In this document: piece by piece, positions 33,233 through 45,540 of the stretch
How the letters are laid out: the number at the start of each line of letters is the position of its first letter
How positions within the stretch are numbered: position 1 is the first letter of the stretch
Assembly (NCBI GenBank): GCA_051942205.1
Contig: JAVECO010000027.1
Span: 62,001-126,000 of the forward strand
Origin: Coniocarpon cinnabarinum
Lineage: Eukaryota
Length of the DNA: 64,000 bases
Reading direction: 5' to 3'
The notes under the pieces: model-generated
The model's input: the letters and a program-made list of their open reading frames with translations, nothing else
What the model was told of the DNA's origin: nothing
Databases searched by the model: none
Program-made: the position numbers and the translations under genes

Positions 33233-35552
33233 TCAGCAGAGGTTCAATTGGCCCGCAGTCTGAATGAGATACGCCACTAAGTCCTCCCACCATGGATGTT
33301 TCGATTTAATAGCAGAGTGAAATCCGGCCGGCTCCTCGTTCTGTGCGTCAACGGCGCAGGAGTCTATCCACTGCCACGCTGAGCGCACAGCGTCATATAC
33401 TGGCGGCACGCTCTGTTACGAACAGTCAATAAGTCGGATCTGCAGACCAGCTGACCTGGCTTGATCATCTTGGTGATGGGTCAGGGCCCATGGATCACTC
33501 ACCGATCGACTTGCATCAGCGCATCTCGCCTCGAACCAATTGCATAATGTATGGCGATGCACTGCTCGATAAGCCACAAACGCTGCAATGACAATGCAGA
33601 AGAAGGGGGATTGCGCTGTGAAGAGCGGCCCTTCCATTGGCATGATCTTCACACACTCAAGTAATACTTGCAGACTGGCTTGCACCTCGGGGTGAGAGCG
33701 AGCGCTTCTATTCTAGACCATCAGCTGCCACACTGAGATCTCAAGTGGCTTCCCAGTATGCGTACCTCAAGACTCGACAATGGAGATAGATTTTGGCAGC
33801 CTGCACCCAACACTCGCCTGTGAGCTCTGTAACTTTCGCACGAGCTGCAACATTGTCTTGATCCAGAATGCAATTCGTGAAGAGCTCGTCGAGTGACCTG
33901 TACCCGGGAGATAGGTCTGACCATTGGTAGAAGTTCTCCAGTCGATCTTTGAACTTTCTAGCTGCAAGCGCGACCACAATTGAATCAGGATGCTGCCATT
34001 CTTAGTCAGCCCTGTCATTGTTCCATTTCGCCAGTATCACAATTTGCACAGGCAAGGGTCAGAAACAAAGGCCATTGCCGCATCTCCGTCTACCACGCGA
34101 GCTTCCATGATGAGGAGGATCCTATCACCAAGCTATGAGCATGGTAGCGAAAGCGCCCAATACTCTACAAGATGCTGAACCATGGTGCGGCAAATGCTGC
34201 TTTCGTTCAAGGCCCTTGGGAGAAGGTTGTGGAGCCTTACCTTTTTCAGCCTTGCAGCAAGGTGGGTGATCTGAGCAAACATATGAAGAAGCTTCGGACT
34301 GACACCAGTCCCGCCATGTATCTTACGAACCTCTTTCTCGGTGCCCTCCAATAGCCATGAAAATAGCTGGCTCCGGTTGCGTTCTTCAAGTGGCGTGACC
34401 GCCAGGGTACAAATCTCTGTGTACGCAACAACATTGGCGTTACTCAGACGAACACTGCTGATTTGAATATTCTCTGGGTGGCAGTAGCGATGTCTCGGGT
34501 CAGAGTGCGTCAGAATAGCCGCAGCTATCCTTGCGCCTTGTCGCCATCGTAGCATAAGATGTTTGGGCCTTCGCAACTCCCAATTAACGATCTAAGACAT
34601 GGATTATGAGTATGTCAGGCACATGAGGAGACAAATCGCGTGTCATTCGAGTACAGTCAAATACTGAGGCACTGCTCCAATGGTAGTCGCACTCACATCG
34701 TCGCAAAATAGCAAAAAAATGCCGCTCACCAGTCCATCTTGCTCCCTTGCACACTGAGTCTGAACGCTCGCAAGACCATCGCTGACGAGTTCCACAGCTC
34801 TTCTGTAGTGGGAGTTCGCCCGCTCCAAAAGCAGTTCCCCTGGTTGGAAGTCGAGTACATAGGCTGAGCTCAAGGCAAGAACCGCATGTTTGACGAGAGG
34901 ATGTACTGCCATCATAGCAGGAACATCGCTACCCCATGGATTGCTTTTGGTCAGGAGAGTCCTTCCTTTGCAAATAGCACTGACGTCTTTCACCAGAATT
35001 CATGAGCGTGGCTATTCGTCAACTCCCGCAGAGACATTACTCACAAAATCTTTGAAGCTTTCGGTCTAAATTGTCGAGCTTGTAACACTCACCAAAGTGG
35101 GGTGGAAGACGCTGAATTGCTTCTCCATTCTGAGACATAGAGCCCTGTGAGTTACCAACCTCAGTCTGCTGGGTAATCGGTGCATGATCGCGGTGCAAGC
35201 CACCGAGGACACGAAATTTGATGTATCCGTTGACTTCACCGTTTGGTGGGTAACACTTTGGATTTTTCGTACGATGTGACGTGTTGTAGCGTACGAGTTC
35301 GCCGCAGTCGTCATTCAAGAAGGGATTCTGGAGCTTTAGGTCTTCTTGATGATGGTATGAATGAGAATAGGGTGAAATCAGTTCGGGCCAAGTATGGCCG
35401 ATCAATCCATCTGCCTGCACATTTTCGTGAGGCTCATCCTGGACAGGCTGTGCGCGCTATGATTAGTAGGTGGATCCCACGCATGCATTGAAGGGAGATG
35501 GTTCAGTCCAGTGACGTACCCCAGCCGGCGATACGCTCGTGCCTGAAGACAT
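33233..35552 (-). CDS. Fungal-specific transcription factor domain protein (Fungal_trans_2-like), multi-exon; 5' end uncertain
   Basis: Spliced segments LDRKLQRFYVSAICKGRTLL..NPW, LVKHAVLALSSAYVLDF, IHGGTGVSPKLLH, GPLFTAQSPFF and SVPPVY...W.WID...WWEDLV. No Zn2Cys6 cluster found. ATG 35552 is tentative and the gene may extend towards ~35830. Confidence 0.75.
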
Positions 35553-36181
35553 CTCTCCGAGGATGATCTTGCAGAAGTCTGTCTTCAGAGCTGAAAACGG
35601 CCCAAGGTGAATCAGCATCTATATTAAGCTGAGAAGAAACGGCTTCAAAGTATCCATCCACGGTCCAGGAATGAGGCAGGGTTCCACTGAGATGAAATAG
35701 CGTATTCTTGCAGGAACGTCGCTCGTCGAAGCACGTGCACATACACTAATGAAAACGTCGTGGTGGATGGCACAATTGCTGAGGATGTGTCACCACCAAG
35801 AGTTGAATCGATCCATTCTCCGAAGTCTGCCAAAAGACAGCTCAGCCTTACGACGTCCGAAGCTTAAAGAACTATGGCAGAGCGATTATTGGATCGGTGA
35901 TTATCGTTTCAATTCCATATCTCACTAGCTTGCGGAGATGTTGTGTATGTCTCCTGCGAATGTCTGTCGAAGGGCGTGTGGGCATGCACAGGACACATCG
36001 TGGGCGTCGGAGAAGGAGGGGTGTACAGGCCGTCTGCCGAGTAAGCGCGGGAACATCGATGTCACTTGCTTCTCTCTGGCGTGTACTTTTCTCGTTCTGC
36101 ATTGCCGTGCTCTTTTCTCTTTTCTCTTTGTCCCTTTTCCTTGTTACTTTTGCCCTTCTCGTCTTAGTCTGTTCTGGAGCT

Positions 36182-37220
36182 ATGACTCGTCTGAGTTCAT
36201 TCAATTGCGCTAGTCCGAAAGAGGACGCTCGCTGTCTCAACTGTGGCTTGACCGCTATACCAGAGCGCAACTCGCTGCTTGGTAGCATCGTTGCCGATGA
36301 ACTCTTATTCGAGACAAATTCCTCGCATACAGAGTCTCCATGTCTTTTAGAAGACTTGGGCATCTTTCTTGTGCGAGCGTCGTCACTTCTTGCGCGACTG
36401 GCCTCGCGCTTGACGCATGGCTGTCAAGTGCAGGCTTACATTGAAGCTGAATTGCAGAGAGTGGAAAGAGAGAACGACTTCTCCGATCTTAGTCATGTAG
36501 ACTATCTTGATGATAAACATTATGCTTTGAAGTGAGTCGAGCCAGCACTGTGATTTGACATTGTTCACTAACTAAGCTTCGTCACTGCAGAGCTCTGACG
36601 ACACTGCTACAGCAAGTTGCGGGCCAAGTCGACCAAGAATGGAGAAGCAGCGCTCTGACTTCGACTCGTGAAAAGTTGACAACATCAGCCTGTCCGACAT
36701 CTTTCGCACAGGACCGGGCTCGAAGCTCAATCGTCTCTACCACACAGCCTCCTCTTCCAGACCAGCAAGGCAAGCCGCAAGCGTTGCACAGGCCGTCTGT
36801 CGACGCTTTTAAACGGCTTAATGCAGTTTCGCATCATATCGAACGCGCTGCTTGGCCAAACGGTCCGTTCCTCGCAGCTGAGCCATTACCGGAGCCGACT
36901 GTAGAGCAAGTTCAAGCTTTACGAGATTCTCTCACAGAGAGAGGGAGCGGAACATACACTTGTCCATATTCAGACTGTGCGAAGGGTGGCATATCATCCG
37001 ATCATCAGTCCGTCCAATTCAAACAAAATTCACTGTTCCGGTATGTTCAGGAACAGTCCTCAAGATGATGCATAGCTGACGCTGGTCTCCAAGAGTTCAC
37101 CTTGACAAGCATTTGAGGCCTTACAGATGCAACGTTCATGGTTGCACTATTGAAGGTTTTGCCAGCAAAGACCAACTCCGTAGGCATAAAGTGACAATGC
37201 ACCAGTCGTTCATCCATTGA
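36182..37220 (+). CDS. C2H2 zinc-finger protein, 3 exons, 308 aa
   Basis: Exons 36182-36531, 36591-37040, 37094-37220 join in frame (927 nt). Fingers YTCPYSDC...FKQNSLFRVHLDKH and YRCNVHGC..GFASKDQLRRHKVTMH. Start codon tentative. Confidence 0.8.
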
Positions 37221-38214
37221 AGTTGGTACAAGACATCTTGATGCAAACACGATCTATACGAGAGAACATGTTAGCACACGGACTATCCGGTCGTATAGGG
37301 GCATGGCCTTCCTGCAGAGAAAAGAACACGCTTTCTTCCCTCCCAACGCAGAAGCTTCCTCATAGATCTGGGATGTGCTGTCAATTCTGCACAGTATCGG
37401 GTAGGAGACTCAAGATAACATGGTGGACCGGCGCAAGTATACGACTGTCCTCGGAGATCACTCTCTCGAACGTACCAGCAAACAAAGTCTTCGTGCCCTG
37501 AATGTTTCGACGATGTGGCTTTGATGTCTACTGTTTCACATGATATCGATGACGAATGCTCCTCAGTACTCATTGGAATTTCTACTCATACTTTAGCAAT
37601 TGTGACACGATCTTGACAACCGACGTCGCTGTTTCAGAAAGGGCTGCACGAGAAGATGCATGCCCGTCTGGAACAAAATTGAGAGTGCGAGTCGGCTCTT
37701 GCAGATAAAAATCAACAACAGTGTGAAAGCAAAGGCAAAATCAAGGTTTTTTCGGCGTCATACTGACCAAGCTTCGTTGGGGCTCTGCCATCTCGAGCAA
37801 ATGTGAACGCGCAGTCTTAAACATTTTTTCTTGGTCATTAACAACCTAAATGCATACCGAATCTATTCTTCATCTGTGTCCACTTTCGTCTAGATTTTGA
37901 TCGCTTCATTCTACAGGCGAACCAGATTCCTCCAGACCTATCTGGTGATTCTGTCCATAGCTCTGCGCTTGTTTGCAAAAGACAGTGAGAAAGAAGCGGA
38001 AGACATCGGAGAGAAGAGAAAAGTATAAGAGAAAACAACAAGGTGTTTGGTTGCGAACAGTGGAGAAAAGAGAAAAGAGCGCTAGTGAAAAGCTCCATAA
38101 ATTGCGATCGCGCGAGAGCGTAGGCACGTTGTGGCGTCATGTAAGGATATTCACAGCAGTTTTGGCTCATTCAAGACTTTTTCTCTCTTCGCGATACATT
38201 GTGTAAACTTCGGG

Positions 38215-39984
38215 ATGTCGACATATTTGATTATTGGAGCTGGCGTCTTCGGCTCGTCCACAGCATTGCACCTGAAGAAATCCAAGTGAGTTGAGTGCAT
38301 CCCTATTTGATTCTTTCGCGTACTTGGGTATTCTGAGCCTCTTCACGAGTTGCCCACACACCCCCTGGCGCTGTATAAACAATCTCTCTAGGCTCGGCAA
38401 GATATCACACGACCGTTCTCGATAATGCTACCGAGCAACATCTTGTGCTCCTTGAAGTTGGCTTGATGGCCTGTTCCAGCAGCATGTTATGTGTTTTGTT
38501 GTACTATAACGTCATTCAAGGCTCGACACTTCCATTGTGTGGACGGAGTTGCTGTACCAGTCTCTAATTCTTTCGAATGTCCTGGGCATGGAACTACATA
38601 GTATCAACCTCAACTAACGGTGTGGCTCACAGGCCCAACATCGATGTCACCTTAATCGATTCGTCATTCGATCCCAACCCAGCTGCTGCAAGTTCTGATG
38701 TCAGCAAAATCATTCGCAGCGACTATGACGATATCTTCTACATGAATTTAGCACTTGAAGCGCAACAGGCATGGCGCCACGACCCCATCTATTCGCCTTA
38801 CTACCATGAAAGTGGCATACTTTTGGCAGAGGACAAAGGCATAGGTCGCAACTCATACAACAATCACAAGGCACTTGGCGCGGACTCGTCTTGCGAAATA
38901 CTCACGCCAAATGATGCAAGACGCCGGTTTGGTAAGTGGTTCGCCAATGCCGACTGGACGGACGTCAAAGAGAACTTCTTCAATCCCTGCAGTGGGTGGG
39001 CTGAGGCCGACGCTACGATGCGTTCGATCTTGCAAGCAGCCAGAGAAACGGGCGTAAGATTTGTTCAAGCGAAAATCGCGAAGCTGATGTTCGGGACGGG
39101 CGGTCAATGCACGGGTGTCGAATTGGAGGGTAGTGGAGGGCGGCTCACAGCTACTAAAGTTGTATGTTGCACAGGCTCCAGAATGGCGAAATTGTTCGCA
39201 GATAGTGCACCAGAAAATAGGGCGCTGCAAGTCAATGGAAGGATGGTCGCTACTGGTGCGGTCTCGTGCACCGTTCAGTGCGAACCTGAGCATCGGCACC
39301 GATACGAAGGCGCTCCAGTTTTGTTCATGGGAATGCATCATACACGTGGTGAGCTTCTTACGGCATTTTAGATGATCGCTTGAAATATCTGATAATTCGT
39401 CCAGGCGAGAGCATACCTATGACGAAGGAAGGCCTGCTAAAGTTCAACTATGAAGTCAGCTTTACCAACAAGTCTATGCACGAGGCATCTGGTCAAGAGA
39501 TATCTGTCCCGCCAACGAGAGATAGTCAAACTACGTGGGGTCAGGACGTCCCACAAGGCCTGAAAGACGAAGTCTTGACAGTAGTCAAAAATATCTATGG
39601 CCCTGATGCGCCTGGGCTCGAAATCGGCTCATTCAGAATGTGTTGGTACGCTACTTCCCGCCTTTACTTTCGCACAGGCTATCATGCTAAATCGACCATA
39701 GGGACGCCGTAACGCCAAACCAAGACTTCATCATTAGCCAACATCCGCATTGCACGAATCTCTACGTTGCCACAGGCGGCTCGTTTCACGGCTGGAAGTT
39801 TCTACCCACCGTGGGCAAGTACGTCGTCCAAATGCTTGATGGAACTCTTGATAATGAGAAGGCACGGAGGTGGGCGTGGGACCGACCCGATCAAGGCGCC
39901 GCTTGCATGGAGTACATCCCCCAGCGAGATCTTAAGGATATCAGAGGGTACAACCAGGTGCAAGGCGAGAGCAGGAGCACATGA
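38215..39984 (+). CDS. FAD-dependent oxidoreductase, monomeric sarcosine / fructosyl-amino-acid / pipecolate oxidase family
   Basis: Exons 38215-38285, 38633-39348, 39405-39645, 39702-39984. IIGAGVFGSSTAL, AASSDVSKIIRSDY, RMCWDAVTP (Cys at the covalent-flavin position) and GGSFHGWKFLP motifs. Confidence 0.92.
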
Positions 39985-40900
39985 GACGCCGTGCGAATGG
40001 CGGGCATTCCGAGCATCTTGGCTAGCGCTGCCGTCGATATCGCCATCGCTAGATGAAACCCAGGCCTCATCCCTTCCCCAGTCCATCCCCGCCGCTCTAA
40101 GAGCTGGCCCAATCAAAGCTTCTGGAGTTTGTCTCGTTTATCTCCCAGCCTGCAGCAACGCCACGTCCAGTTCCCCGGCCGCTCTGTGAGTGCACGCCCG
40201 CCCACAAATGTGAGAGTCGGATGTGCGCTTGTGCAATTGCATCTCGTAAGCAAGCACAGCAAGTCTCACCTTCATCTTCTTACACTATCTCTTCCTCATC
40301 TTAATGCGGCGCTACTGGCTTCAAACTTGTGCCTTCGGTTTACCTCCACGTCCTGCACCAATGGCATTCATTTGATCGTGGTATGCCTTGATGCTGGATT
40401 GTCGTGCGTTGGAAAATGCAAGAATCTCGCTTTCTGCTGCAGGAAGCTCTGGCAGAGCCGATGCGTACCCGCTACTAATGAGGCGGAAGTAAGCAAAATC
40501 TGCAAGGAGCTTTTGGCTTTTGAAGGGTTAGATGCTGAACAATGAATCGTGGTACCTGAATCTGCAAGATGCGTCGCCGTTTTGAAGCGCTAAGACTTGT
40601 TTACCGAACTGTGCTGACCGAGATCTGCAAGAAGCTTTGGCCGCTCGCTTGACAGGTCACAGGTTACCCTTTGCACAACCATGTTGACCACAGCCGGACT
40701 TGATAAGGGAGTTGCTCCCTTGATGTGGGAGACAGTCTCGGTCGGCGCATTACATTTGGCGAAGTAATCACCAGTGAAAATCTTCTTGGCCAAAAGAGCT
40801 TCATTCATTCACACGTATGCTACACTTGATCGCTGCGTTGGTCGTCATCTGCTGAGCAAAGGTCGGCTTAGCCAAAGCGAGAACACCCCATCTGATCGAC

Positions 40901-41164
40901 ATGCCGACCATCACCCACGTCCACACTCACACGTTTTCGGACAGCGAGTCCGTCACAAAAGAATGTACCATGTACTTCACCTCTAACGACAGACCCAACC
41001 TTCGCCGGGAGAAGGAGTCGACCTGTACACATCCCGACACAGGGGAGACATTCGTCTTCCGCTTCGTTATGACCAAGAACTCCGAGAACAACACACACAC
41101 CTACACTGACGATACCGATGATGGATATGATTCTGAGGACGTAGAGCGCATCCGAACTTACTAG
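40901..41164 (+). CDS. Small acidic Thr-rich orphan protein (87 aa)
   Basis: Single ORF with strong C-ending codon usage (ACC ATC ACC CAC GTC CAC...), isolated in an intergenic space; no recognised domain. Confidence 0.5.
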   Translation: MPTITHVHTHTFSDSESVTKECTMYFTSNDRPNLRREKESTCTHPDTGETFVFRFVMTKNSENNTHTYTDDTDDGYDSEDVERIRTY

Positions 41165-41676
41165 TTGCGCAGTCCGGAGCTGGCAGTACTTCGGGAGACG
41201 ATGCTGCAAAGTACGTGAACGAAAGATGTATGTAAATTATGTGAAACCTTTCTTGCCTCTGCTACGAAATATGAGTGCATGCGTGCCGCCACTCATAGTT
41301 TGCTCAAGAGGCTTCTCAGGATTTTGAGAAATGGAATGTCAAATACATCATGTTGGAGCTCTTTCAGGTCCAAAATACCAAATATATACGAAAAGGTAGT
41401 CTGAGCCACTATAGAACAGAGGAATTGGGTTGTGATTTCGTTCAGGAGTTGCTGTAGAAATAGCTTGGGCATCGTTTAGAACCTAAGAATTAAGGCCGTC
41501 AACCGAGCTCCTGCTCGAAGCTCTTTCACGCTTTGCGGTCGTAGAAGTGCGTACGCTACCTTCATAATCAAGGTCTAAGCCTCAGGTTGTGGGTCGCGCT
41601 GGTGATCCAATCCGCTCCTCTGTCAAAATCTCACCGTGGCGCTCAGCGAAGCTCGCATGAAAGACCTCAATTCGCT

Positions 41677-43668
41677 ATGGACGTCGTCCAGGCTGTTGGA
41701 GGCTATGTCTCCAAAATGGTCGCAGCCGGCGACGGCGATTCCACAGCTGCTGCAAACGCAAAGATGAAGATACTATTGCTTGACAGTGAGACAGTGCGGC
41801 TTGCGAACTTCCACTGCTTGCGACGCTGACTGACCTTCAAGGTCTCCATCCTCTCGACAGCGACCACCCAATCTGCTCTTCTCAGCCATGACGTCTACCT
41901 CACAGAGTACGGATATTCCTTGCTCCCCGTACTGGCGGCTAAAGCTAACCGCTCATAGTCGCATTGACAATCCCAAAAGGGAGAAAATGCGCCATTTGCG
42001 CTGCCTTTGCTTCGTTCGCCCGTCTGCGGAGTCAATACAACTGCTAATCGACGAGCTGAGAGAGCCAAAGTACGGCGAATACCATCTCTGTAAGCACATG
42101 GAATACCCTTTAGATCTCGAAATTTGCCTAACAGCTATGCAGACTTCAGTAACACAGTCAAAAAATCCTCTCTGGAGCGCCTCGCTCAATCAGACGATCA
42201 TGAGACAGTGCAAGCCGTCCGAGAGTACTTTGCGGACTTTTCCGTTATCAATCCTGACCTGATGTCTCTATCACTTACCTCGCCTCTCTATCGAGTCTAC
42301 GGCACGTCGCCAGAGCTCTGGCATCCGGACTCACATACACGCAGCACCGAGGGACTCTCAGCGCTATTGCTGTCCTTGAAGAAGAAGCCTTTGATACGAT
42401 ACGCTAAAGACAGCCTTCTCTGTAAAAAGTTAGCGACGGAGCTCAGGTATCACATGACTCAAGAAGAAGCTCTATTTGATTTTAGACGAGTAGACACACC
42501 ACCTATACTCTTACTTCTAGATCGCCGTGAAGACCCGCTCACTCCTTTGCTTACGCAATGGACTTATCAGGCCATGGTGCACGAGCTCCTTGGAATCTCA
42601 AGCGGGCGGGTATCCCTGAAAGACGTCCCGGATATCCGTCCGGAACTGCGCGAGATTGTCCTGTCGCAAGATCAAGACCCTTTCTTTGCAAAGAACATGT
42701 ACGCGAATTTCGGTGATCTAGGAGAGAATGCAAAAGAATATGTCGCACAGTTTGCATCGAAGTCAAACTCGTCTCACACTCTTGAGAGCGTGGCAGACAT
42801 GAAACGCTTCGTGGAAGAGTATCCGGAATTTCGCAAGCTTTCCGGAAACGTGTCAAAGCACGTCACGCTGGTCAGCGAGCTCTCTCGACGCGTCGAACAT
42901 GACAAGTTACTTGACTGCTCCGAGCTTGAACAGACGCTTGCCTGCAGCGATAACCACAACGCTGCTCTCCGATCTCTGCAACAGCTTCTCGCCAACCCCG
43001 GCGTACCAGATCACAATAAACTAAGACTCGTGGCTATCTATGCGCTGCGCTATAGCAACAACAGCAATAATCAGCTACCCATGCTCAAAGACCTTCTCAA
43101 GGCCTCCACGAATCTCAGTGCTGCAGACACGATCCTGATACCCTATCTACTTGCCTATGCCCGTTCTCTAACTGCGCAAACCACTGGTTCGGGCGCAGGC
43201 GCTGCACAAGGCCCGCTTCCAGACCTCTTCAGTCAGCCACAAGCACTGCTGAATGGCGCCCGTTCTCGCATCCAAAAAGGCATCAAGGGCGTCGAAAACG
43301 TGTACACGCAGCATTCACCAGTTCTGCTATCAACACTTGAATCACTCTTCAAAGGCCGACTTTCGCAGCAGATATGTCCATTCCTGGACGGACAAAATAT
43401 CGGCAGTGCCTCTCGAGAGAAGCCGCAGGATGTCATTGTGTTCATGGTTGGTGGCACGACGTATGAGGAGGCGAGAACGGTGGCGCAAGTCAATGCGAGC
43501 ATGCCGGGTGTTAGGGTGGTGCTGGGTGGTACTACGGTACTGCGGAGTGAAAGTTTTTTCGAGCAAGTGAGGGGGGCCATCGAGGGCTGGCCTGATGTTA
43601 TGAGAGAGGTGGTGAGGAAGGAGCAGGGCGCTGAGGGGAGATTGAGGGGAGAGCTAGGCAGGTCGTAA
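41677..43668 (+). CDS. VPS45: Sec1/Munc18 family vacuolar protein sorting protein 45
   Basis: Exons 41677-41793, 41842-41906, 41959-42089, 42143-43668. MKILLLDSET, REKMRHLRCLCFVRP, LLTQWTYQAMVHEL, KGVENVYTQH and VFMVGGTTYEE motifs. Confidence 0.96.
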
Positions 43669-44168
43669 TGCGCATGATGTCTACGAAGATGACGCTGCGG
43701 GGAAGTTCACCATCACTACTTTGTCGTCGAATCCAAGTCTCATCCCTGTATCGCGACGGGCTTTTACCTTTTCTGAACCGGCAGGGTCACCCGGACGTCC
43801 ACCTCAGTTGCGAAACCCAAATCGAATGCGCGTGAAAGATCAAACGCGTGAGGAATGAGACATGACCTCTTCTAGAATGTGAAAAGTCCTCCAGCCCATT
43901 GCCCCTATCTACGTCTCCTCGTACACACATCGGAAAATGCTCATAGTCTGGCCTACAACCGTCCGTTGAGCAAACAAGACCCTGTCATCACAGTCCCCAA
44001 TCGCACCCCAAAATTTACAACCATGACTGCTGTTTGTCGATGATCACGGTAATTCTATGGCTCCCTTTTCTGCGTTGATCCACCAATCTACCAAGTCATC
44101 TCCACTTGAGCTTTGACAAGAACGCCATACTCTCTTTCCTTGGTGTTTCACCGGCCGGCGCGAATGTC

Positions 44169-44946
44169 TTACATGGACTTTCCAGTCGCCTGGTTAACCT
44201 GGCTGCGCAGGTTCGCAGATGCAGAGCCGTGGCCCTCAAAGTACTTGGCGAAGACGGGCTGGAGCAGGTTGCGGTAGATGACTTGTGCGCCAGAAGTCTG
44301 CGGGAGGGCCATCCAGAGGACGAGAACGAACTTGAAGGTGTAGTAGAAGGGGAACCAGTACACGGCGCTGACCATGGACTCAAGGACGCTGGCAAGCTTG
44401 TTAGCATCATGCTCTTGCTGCTCTAATACTTTTTGTGAAGACTCTGTTCGGCTTTGGGGGAGGAGAAAGCTGCAGAGTGAAGCATATGATGCATCGGTAG
44501 TGACTCACGTCAAGAAAGCGAAGGTGACCCAGTATGTCAGCCACTGCTCATCATCTTTCTTGTTGCTAGAGAAGAGCGCCTCAAGAGAATAGTAACCAGG
44601 GATGGCAAAACCAGCGACGTTCACGAGAAATTCGCCGGCAATGTTGAAGAACACGAGGAAGAAATAGAGAGCACCAAGTCCAAGGACAGCGTAGACTTTG
44701 GGGACAGACGTTTGTTGTTCAAAGTTGTGAAGGGCGGGGTACCGAGAGAGCTACACGCAAAGCGACGTGTCAGTAAGTGCATTTGCATCATCGGAAGTGG
44801 GTTGCAATCGCATGCAATTAAGCCAAGGTAATCGCATCCTCGTTGTACTTGAGACGAGTCCGGCCAGGCAAGATGAGATGCTGATAGCGACGTACCTCTT
44901 TGTCGAGCTGGGACATGTGATGCTGGGCCCTTTCTTGCATAGACAT
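44169..44946 (-). CDS. YOP1: ER-shaping protein Yop1 (DP1/REEP family), 170 aa
   Basis: Exons 44946-44896, 44750-44509, 44388-44169. QLDKELSRYP, FEQQTSVPKVY, DDEQWLTYWV and LWMALPQTSGAQ motifs. Confidence 0.95.
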
Positions 44947-45540
44947 CTTGTTGGACGATGCTAAATCTGGAAGAGAAGGGCAAAGAAGCAAGAATCAATA
45001 GTCTCTGGGATCAGATGCGATGTAGTTGCGGAACGTAGAAGATGGAAGACAGTCGCTGTTGGTTATCAGAGGACGTCACGGAGCTTGGATTCGTGATATG
45101 CTTCGTTTAGGTAAGCAGCTTGTGCGAGGTCAAAGAATGTGATCTAGAGCCCGGTATGATTCAGATGCAAGAACAGTGCCATGATTCGGAGCCTCCTTCT
45201 TCTGTTGCCCTCCCAGCCACGGCTTGTAAACAAAACAAGCCTTTCACCATTACGGAGCCCCACCAGCTCAATCACTGTCCGCGATCTGTTGCAAGTCGAA
45301 ACTAACGTGGGCCTGCAGACTACTTACATTTGTTTCAAGATCGCGAATATTGTCCGACTGCGCTGTTTTGGACCTGTGCGCGATCGCCCTTACACTGACT
45401 CGGTATAAACACATCGGCCTCTGGCTTCGATACATTGAATCATATCAGCCGAGGCTTCATCCTTCGCCGATCGACCCTAGACAGCATCGAGCGTCTACTA
45501 CTCAGTTGTCAAGATCAGGATATATGATAGTTTGGTGGGC

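Noticed and set aside
35872..36363. 163-aa minus-strand ORF with ACTP...RC..C, resembling a decayed Zn2Cys6 exon for the Fungal_trans_2 gene
   Set aside because: The Cys spacing does not fit, I could not splice it in frame to the downstream exons, and it overlaps the probable first exon of the C2H2 gene on the other strand.
37283..38206. Short ORFs and splice-like signals between the C2H2 and oxidase genes
   Set aside because: No consistent multi-exon model or recognisable domain.
38286..38632. Long (347-nt) first intron of the oxidase as a snoRNA or riboswitch host
   Set aside because: No convincing C/D, H/ACA or TPP aptamer motifs seen by eye; an Rfam scan would be needed.
23805..39984. 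Secondary-metabolite gene cluster (SDR, ABC transporter, regulators, oxidase)
   Set aside because: No PKS, NRPS, terpene synthase or other backbone enzyme, and the block is interrupted by swi5 and flanked by housekeeping genes.
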